This document shows positions 59,297 through 64,000 of a stretch of 64,000 nt of DNA, in pieces. The stretch lies in assembly GCA_963824605.1 (NCBI GenBank), contig CAWGPZ010000014.1, positions 11,263-75,262 of the forward strand. The letters run 5' to 3'. The notes beneath the pieces were generated by a model, which saw only the letters and a list, made by a program, of their open reading frames with translations, did not search any database and was not told where the DNA came from. Source of the stretch: an uncultured Actinomycetota bacterium. GTDB lineage: Bacteria > Actinomycetota > Actinomycetes > JAHEKZ01. Both the position numbers and the translations under genes were made by a program. Numbering within the stretch: the stretch's first letter is position 1; every line of letters starts with the position of its first letter.

Positions 59297-60337
59297 ATGA
59301 CCCGCTACGGCCCGATGTTCGGCCCAGACATCACGTTTCTCGGCGTTCCTGCCTGCGACCTCGACACCCCTGACACGTACGCGGACGCCGACGTCGTCAT
59401 CGTCGGTGCGCCCTTTGACGGCGGCACCAGTCATCGTCCGGGTACCCGCTTCGGGCCCATGGCGATGCGGTCGACCGACTACCTGCCGCACGATGGGCTC
59501 CGTCCACATATGGCGATGCGCGTCGAGGCCCTCGCCGAGGATCTTCGGGTGGTCGACGCGGGTGACCTCGAGGTCTACTCAGGCGACGTGGTGCGCAGCT
59601 GCCAGATCATCGAGGACGCCGTGGCGCAGATCGCGGAGGCAGGCAAGATCCCGCTCGTGCTTGGCGGCGATCACACTGTCACCTGGCCCGACGTCACCGG
59701 CGTGGCCCGCTCGGCGGGCTTCGGCCGGGTCTCGATCATCCACTTCGACGCCCACGCAGACACGGGGGACATCGAGTTCGGATCTCTCTACGGGCATGGC
59801 CAGCCGATGCGACGTCTGATCGAGTCGGGAGCGGCGCGCGGCGACCGGTTCCTCCAGCTCGGACTGCGCGGCTACTGGCCCGAACCGGAGACGCTTGACT
59901 GGATGGCCGACCAGAACATGCGCTCGTTCCACATGAGCGAGATCGTCGCCAAGGGGCTCGACCAAGTGCTGGATGAGGCTTTTGTCATCGCCACCGATGA
60001 CTGCGACGGCATCTTCTTGTCGGTCGACATCGATGTCTGTGATCCCGGGCACGCCCCCGGCACAGGCACCCCCGAGCCTGGGGGCCTGACGGCGCGTCAG
60101 CTGCTCGATGCGGTGTCTCGGATCTGCTACGAGGTGCCGGTCGTCGGCATCGACGTCGTCGAGGTCTCGCCGCCCTACGACCACGCCGAGATCACTGCGT
60201 ATCTCGGCAACCGCGTGGTTCTTGAGGCCTTGTCAGGTATCGCGCGACGCCGCAAGGACGGCGGCCAGGTGGTCTGGGACCGCGCGACGCCGCTGCTTGA
60301 GGGACGAGGCACGCAGCAGCCTCCCCATTCGGCGTAG
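59297..60337 (+). CDS. speB: agmatinase / ureohydrolase (arginase family)
   Basis: Mn-binding motifs IHFDAHADT, GGDHTVT, SVDIDVCDP. Confidence 0.85.
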   Translation: MTRYGPMFGPDITFLGVPACDLDTPDTYADADVVIVGAPFDGGTSHRPGTRFGPMAMRSTDYLPHDGLRPHMAMRVEALAEDLRVVDAGDLEVYSGDVVRSCQIIEDAVAQIAEAGKIPLVLGGDHTVTWPDVTGVARSAGFGRVSIIHFDAHADTGDIEFGSLYGHGQPMRRLIESGAARGDRFLQLGLRGYWPEPETLDWMADQNMRSFHMSEIVAKGLDQVLDEAFVIATDDCDGIFLSVDIDVCDPGHAPGTGTPEPGGLTARQLLDAVSRICYEVPVVGIDVVEVSPPYDHAEITAYLGNRVVLEALSGIARRRKDGGQVVWDRATPLLEGRGTQQPPHSA

Positions 60338-60430
60338 TTCGACCTGCCTAGGTCGAGGCTCTGACCTGCAGCTATCGCTCAGAGTAGTCATCGTGACACT
60401 TTGTGCTCACCCATTTGGCGGTCTCGCGAA

Positions 60431-60466
60431 GCCCCCCTGCTGGGCGACAACAGTACGCAGGGGGGC
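60431..60466. terminator. hairpin GCCCCCCTGC-16 nt-GCAGGGGGGC between speB and the small-peptide operon
   Basis: 10-bp perfect stem, followed by tgagttctcag. Confidence 0.45.
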
Positions 60467-60515
60467 TGAGTTCTCAGTTCCCTGCTCGTCGCGACTGTTG
60501 TGGGGAAGGGGAGCG

Positions 60516-60623
60516 ATGAACAAGGTGTCCAAGGAACTGATTGTGCGTGGTAGCGCTGCTGCTGCGGGCCTCATGGTCTTGGTTTCGGTGGTCGGTGCCG
60601 GAACCAAGTGGATGGGTCACTAG
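60516..60623 (+). CDS. small single-TM membrane peptide (35 aa): MNKVSKELIVRGSAAAAGLMVLVSVVGAGTKWMGH
   Basis: ATG with GGGGAAGGGGAG RBS. Paralogue of the next ORF: 14/32 identical residues and a shared C-terminal SVVGAGxKW motif. Confidence 0.5.
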   Translation: MNKVSKELIVRGSAAAAGLMVLVSVVGAGTKWMGH

Positions 60624-60635
60624 GGGGCGAGTCAC

Positions 60636-60740
60636 ATGGATGAGTTCAAAGCACGCGTGATCGTCTCAGTGCTGGGGAGCGCCGCCACTGTGGTGACGCT
60701 TGCCTCTGTCGTCGGAGCCGGGAAGAAGTGGGCTCGCTGA
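60636..60740 (+). CDS. small single-TM membrane peptide (34 aa): MDEFKARVIVSVLGSAATVVTLASVVGAGKKWAR
   Basis: ATG 9 nt after a GGGGGCGA RBS-like run. The six-codon SVVGAG block is identical in protein to the upstream paralogue but differs at 5 synonymous sites, indicating purifying selection on the protein. Its 3-prime end overlaps the GGDEF-EAL start. Confidence 0.5.
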   Translation: MDEFKARVIVSVLGSAATVVTLASVVGAGKKWAR

Positions 60741-62881
60741 CATCAGCGGATGGGGGAGCTGCCGAACGCTCGGTGGCTCCCCCTCCTCGTCGTCCCCCCT
60801 GGGCCCTGTCGGCCTACATCTGGACCGTGATTGTCGTTGCCGCGGTGTTCCTCGGGTCGTCGCTCGTGCTCTCCCCCATCCTCGACTCGCTCAACCGTGA
60901 GGCGTGGACCGGCGACTATCCCTCTCAGGGCCTCGTTCTCACTCTGCTCGTCATCGCCGTCATCGTCGGTGAGCTACGCCCAGTGCCCGTGCCTCGCGGA
61001 GGGGACGTCGCCGACATGATCACGCTCTCGACGACCTTCGTGTTGGCGTTGGCGATCGTGGGTCCCGTCAGCCTTGCGCTGATGGCCCAGGGAATCGCGG
61101 TCCTCGTCGACGACGCGATCTCGCGGCGTTCGCCGCTGAAGATCGCCTTCAACGTGAGTCAGTACATCGTCACCGTCTTCCTGGCACATACCGCCTTTTC
61201 CCTTATCGTTGGTGAGCCCGTCTTCGGTCCCTACGCGGTTCTGGAGCCCAGCGGCTCAGGGGTCTTCGGCGTCACCCCCATTCTTGCCGCGATCGCTGCC
61301 GCAGTCGTCTTCCTGGTGATGAACCAGTGGCTCGTCTCGGCCGTCGTGGCGCTGGACAGCGGGGAGCGCATCGGACCCATCTTCGTCCAAGACCTCCGCT
61401 TCCAGGCGATGACCGCCGGCGTGCTGGCCGTGATGGCTCCGGTTGCCGCCTTGATCGTGCAGACGCAACCGTTGATGCTCCCGATGCTGATCGCGCCTGT
61501 CGCCGCCGTTCACAACAGCGCACGGCTTGCCGTGGCGATGGGCCGCCAGGCCAGCCACGACGCGCTGACGGGTCTGGCCAACCGCGAGCTCTTCCGAGAT
61601 CGCTCGGTCCGCGCTCTGGAGGACTCGCAGCGCGCAAGCCAGTCATTGGCCATCATGATGATCGACCTCGACCACTTCAAGGAGATCAACGACACGCTGG
61701 GTCACCAGGTGGGCGACGAGTTGATCTGCGAGGTGGCATACCGACTGGAAGAGGCGCGTCCGGAGGGAGCCACGGTCGCGCGGCTGGGCGGAGACGAGTT
61801 CGCCGTGCTCCTGCCGGACATCCCGGATCTGTCGGTCGCCGAGGACGTGGCGACCTACCTGCTGTCGGTGCTGGGCAAACCGTTCTCTGTCGGCGGTGTC
61901 CGGCTGGTGGTGCAGGCGAGCCTGGGTATCGCACTGTCACCCGACCACGGCGACGACGTCCACACACTCATGCGCCGATCGGACATCGCCCTCTACGAGG
62001 CCAAACGTGAACGGGCACGGTTCTGCGCATACTCCAACGAGGACGAGGAGGCGCACACGCCGCAACGGCTGACGATCCTCACCGACTTGCGGTCGGCGGT
62101 CGAGGACGACCAGCTCTTCCTCGTCTACCAACCCAAGATCGACGTGGCCAGCGGTGAGGTGCTGGGCGTGGAGGCTCTGGTCAGGTGGAACCACCCGACC
62201 CGAGGAATCCAGTACCCCGACTCCTTCATCCCGTTGGCGGAGAACACCGGATTGATCTCGCCCATCACCTTCTTCGTCGTCGAGCGGGCCCTGCGCCAGA
62301 TTCGGACGTGGCAGGAAAGCGGTGTCGACCTCTCGGTGGCCGTGAATCTCTCGGCGCGGCACCTCACCGACATGAGCTTGCCCGACCGCATCGCCGTGGC
62401 GCTGGAGCGTTGGGGCGTAGCACCGTCACGACTGGTGATCGAGGTCACCGAGAACAGCATCATGACCGACCCCAAGCGCGCCTCGGTGGTCCTCCAGCAG
62501 CTGCGACGCATTGGTGTCGACGTCTCGATCGACGACTACGGCACAGGGCATGCTTCGCTCAACTACCTCAAGCAGTTCGACATCGACGAACTCAAGATCG
62601 ACCGCTCGTTCATCATGAACCTCGATGTGGAGTCCAGCGACGCCATCATCGTCGCCTCGACTGTTGAGCTCGGCCACAACCTCGGGCTACGAATCGTTGC
62701 CGAGGGTGTCGAAGACGGCGCTACCCTCACCTGGCTGGAGGGTCTGGGGTGTGACGTCGCACAGGGCTACCACATCGGGCGACCGATGACGCCCGAAGCC
62801 GTCCTTGAGGTTGTCGCGGAGGGTCGAGTCGGCGAGCCGCGTCCGACGCCGTCAGCGCTCCGTCTGGTGGGAAGACCCTGA
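60728..62881 (+). CDS. membrane-anchored diguanylate cyclase/phosphodiesterase (GGDEF-EAL) with N-terminal multi-TM sensor domain
   Basis: About 7 predicted TM helices. GGDEF: RLGGDEFAV with I-site-like RxxD upstream. EAL domain: EALVRW, DDYGTG, ELKIDRSF. Both domains appear catalytically intact. Confidence 0.92.
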   Translation: MGSLTSADGGAAERSVAPPPRRPPWALSAYIWTVIVVAAVFLGSSLVLSPILDSLNREAWTGDYPSQGLVLTLLVIAVIVGELRPVPVPRGGDVADMITLSTTFVLALAIVGPVSLALMAQGIAVLVDDAISRRSPLKIAFNVSQYIVTVFLAHTAFSLIVGEPVFGPYAVLEPSGSGVFGVTPILAAIAAAVVFLVMNQWLVSAVVALDSGERIGPIFVQDLRFQAMTAGVLAVMAPVAALIVQTQPLMLPMLIAPVAAVHNSARLAVAMGRQASHDALTGLANRELFRDRSVRALEDSQRASQSLAIMMIDLDHFKEINDTLGHQVGDELICEVAYRLEEARPEGATVARLGGDEFAVLLPDIPDLSVAEDVATYLLSVLGKPFSVGGVRLVVQASLGIALSPDHGDDVHTLMRRSDIALYEAKRERARFCAYSNEDEEAHTPQRLTILTDLRSAVEDDQLFLVYQPKIDVASGEVLGVEALVRWNHPTRGIQYPDSFIPLAENTGLISPITFFVVERALRQIRTWQESGVDLSVAVNLSARHLTDMSLPDRIAVALERWGVAPSRLVIEVTENSIMTDPKRASVVLQQLRRIGVDVSIDDYGTGHASLNYLKQFDIDELKIDRSFIMNLDVESSDAIIVASTVELGHNLGLRIVAEGVEDGATLTWLEGLGCDVAQGYHIGRPMTPEAVLEVVAEGRVGEPRPTPSALRLVGRP

Positions 62882-63609
62882 TGCTCGTTCTCGTGCTCTG
62901 CATCCTTGCCATGCTGTCGCCGAAGCTCTTCGGCGGATCGATGACGCGTCTCGCCCACGTCCGCTTCCGCGGAATCTGGATCCTGCTGGTGGCACTCGTG
63001 GCCCAGATCCTGATCATCGAGATCTTTCCTGGGGCCGATCGCACGCTCTTGGAAGCGGTGCACATGGCCACCTACGTTGCTGCCGGCCTCTTCGTCGCTC
63101 TCAACTGGCGGGTCCCCGGTCTGCTCGTGATCGCTGCCGGTGGTGCCATGAACGGCATCACGATCGCCCTCAACGGCGGCCAGCTCCCTGCCGCCGCGCC
63201 AGCCCTGAAGATGGCGGGCATCGACGTGGACAAGGGAGAGTTCATCAACTCGGGCTACATCGAGGACCCTGTGCTGCCGCTCTTGGGTGACATCTTCGTG
63301 TGGCCACAACCTTTCCCGCTCGCCAACGTCTTCAGCGTCGGAGATGTACTGGTGGTGGTCGGGGTGTTCTACGGTGCCAACAAGATCGCCGGCTCGCGCC
63401 TGGTCAAGACCGCTTGGCGGCGACCCGACGAGGACGTGCTCGAGGCCAGAGACGATGAGGCGGCTGCCCTGGGCGCAACCGCCCCGTCCACCCCGACGGA
63501 CGCGGATCATCCGGTGGTCGAGCCAGTGCGGCGTCGTCGACACGCGGCAGCGCGGCGTACAGCACTCGAATCCGCTAGCTCGCCGACCTCTCACCGGCAG
63601 GGAGTGTGA
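62881..63609 (+). CDS. hypothetical polytopic membrane protein, translationally coupled to the GGDEF-EAL gene (ATGA overlap)
   Basis: 242 aa. About 5 hydrophobic helices in the first 180 aa, then a charged Arg-rich tail. No recognisable catalytic motif. Confidence 0.6.
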   Translation: MLVLVLCILAMLSPKLFGGSMTRLAHVRFRGIWILLVALVAQILIIEIFPGADRTLLEAVHMATYVAAGLFVALNWRVPGLLVIAAGGAMNGITIALNGGQLPAAAPALKMAGIDVDKGEFINSGYIEDPVLPLLGDIFVWPQPFPLANVFSVGDVLVVVGVFYGANKIAGSRLVKTAWRRPDEDVLEARDDEAAALGATAPSTPTDADHPVVEPVRRRRHAAARRTALESASSPTSHRQGV

Positions 63610-63776
63610 CGCGAAGGCACGCATGACCACGGAGTCGGTTCGGCGTGTGAGCACTCGAGCAGACCCACGACCGTGCCGGCAACGACCACCGGTATGTCGA
63701 TCATCGTCGTCCCTTCGGGGATCATCCAGGAGCTCTCGGCGGCGTCGGCAGCGACGTGATCGAGATCGACCGTCAT
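63591..63776 (-). CDS. hypothetical small protein (61 aa)
   Basis: Minus-strand ATG at 63776 with a weak GGAG upstream. No domain recognised. Confidence 0.25.
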   Translation of the reverse strand: MTVDLDHVAADAAESSWMIPEGTTMIDIPVVVAGTVVGLLECSHAEPTPWSCVPSRHTPCR

Positions 63777-63961
63777 GATCTCGAGGGTCTCCGGCAACGC
63801 CTGGTGGCTGCGCACACCTCGGACGAGACGCACCGCCACGGGAGGGCCGAAACGGTCACCGGCGGCGATCGCCCAGCACCTGCATGGCCAGAACCGTACG
63901 CCGGTTAGGGGTGGACCGGTCGAATCAGCGGACAAGAACCAGGCGGTCCGCCTCAGGCGAC

Positions 63962-64000
63962 TAGGAGATCGAGGCGAACGCCTTGTCGAGCACGCCGAGT
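63962..64000 (-). CDS. 3-prime end of a minus-strand CDS that continues beyond the window (C-terminus ...LGVLDKAFASIS)
   Basis: 12 of 12 codons end in G/C. Ends at a TAG whose complement is 63962-63964. Confidence 0.4.

Noticed and set aside
60750-60830. ATG at 60750 as start of the GGDEF-EAL gene
   Set aside because: Wrong frame: it terminates after 26 codons. The long ORF is in the frame of the GTG at 60728, which overlaps the second small peptide.
1-64000. Search for tRNA or rRNA genes, integrase/transposase, and defence-system (Cas, RM, toxin-antitoxin) genes
   Set aside because: No T-loop-like GGTTCGAATCC motif was seen in intergenic regions, and none is long enough for rRNA. The only recombinase is the housekeeping xerC. 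No defence-gene domains were recognised.

Overview
High-GC (about 70%) actinobacterial chromosomal segment. There is no rRNA or CRISPR array, and no tRNA was recognised by eye.

Positions 1-35.5 kb form a conserved, almost entirely plus-strand housekeeping block. Its gene order matches the well-known Mycobacterium recG-to-rlmN and Streptomyces whiG/rpsB neighbourhood. In order: yloV-like (partial), recG, rsmD, coaD, a SepIVA-like coiled-coil gene, yceD, rpmF, rnc, mutM, smc, ftsY, a degraded HNH/DUF222 endonuclease gene (minus strand), ffh, rpsP, a KH-domain protein, rimM, trmD, rplS, two tandem lepB genes, a NUDIX hydrolase, rnhB, a VOC protein, an isochorismatase (minus), yraN, comM, dprA, xerC, a FliA/WhiG-type sigma factor, an M23 peptidase (minus), rpsB, tsf, pyrH, frr, cdsA, a TetR regulator and rlmN, followed by a K+-channel-like gene.

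Positions 35.8-64 kb are catabolic and accessory:
- A CoA-transferase / GntR / acyl-CoA dehydrogenase / cupin module.
- A glycosyltransferase, maltokinase-family kinase and SIS-isomerase trio (a glucosamine-kinase-type cluster).
- A polyamine catabolism island: class III aminotransferase, Lrp and PucR regulators, three aldehyde dehydrogenases including mmsA, potDABC, an FAD oxidoreductase, a GAF protein and agmatinase.
- A putative operon of two paralogous 34-35 aa membrane peptides, a membrane-anchored GGDEF-EAL protein and a further membrane protein.

At least eight otherwise conserved genes carry frameshifts or lack a stop: the DUF222 gene (twice), lepB copy 1, rnhB, the M23 peptidase, the sigma-factor N-terminus, the rlmN/channel junction and the FAD oxidoreductase. 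One of these sits in a C6 homopolymer. Whether these are assembly indel errors or genuine pseudogenisation cannot be decided from the sequence alone, and this is the main caveat on the annotation.
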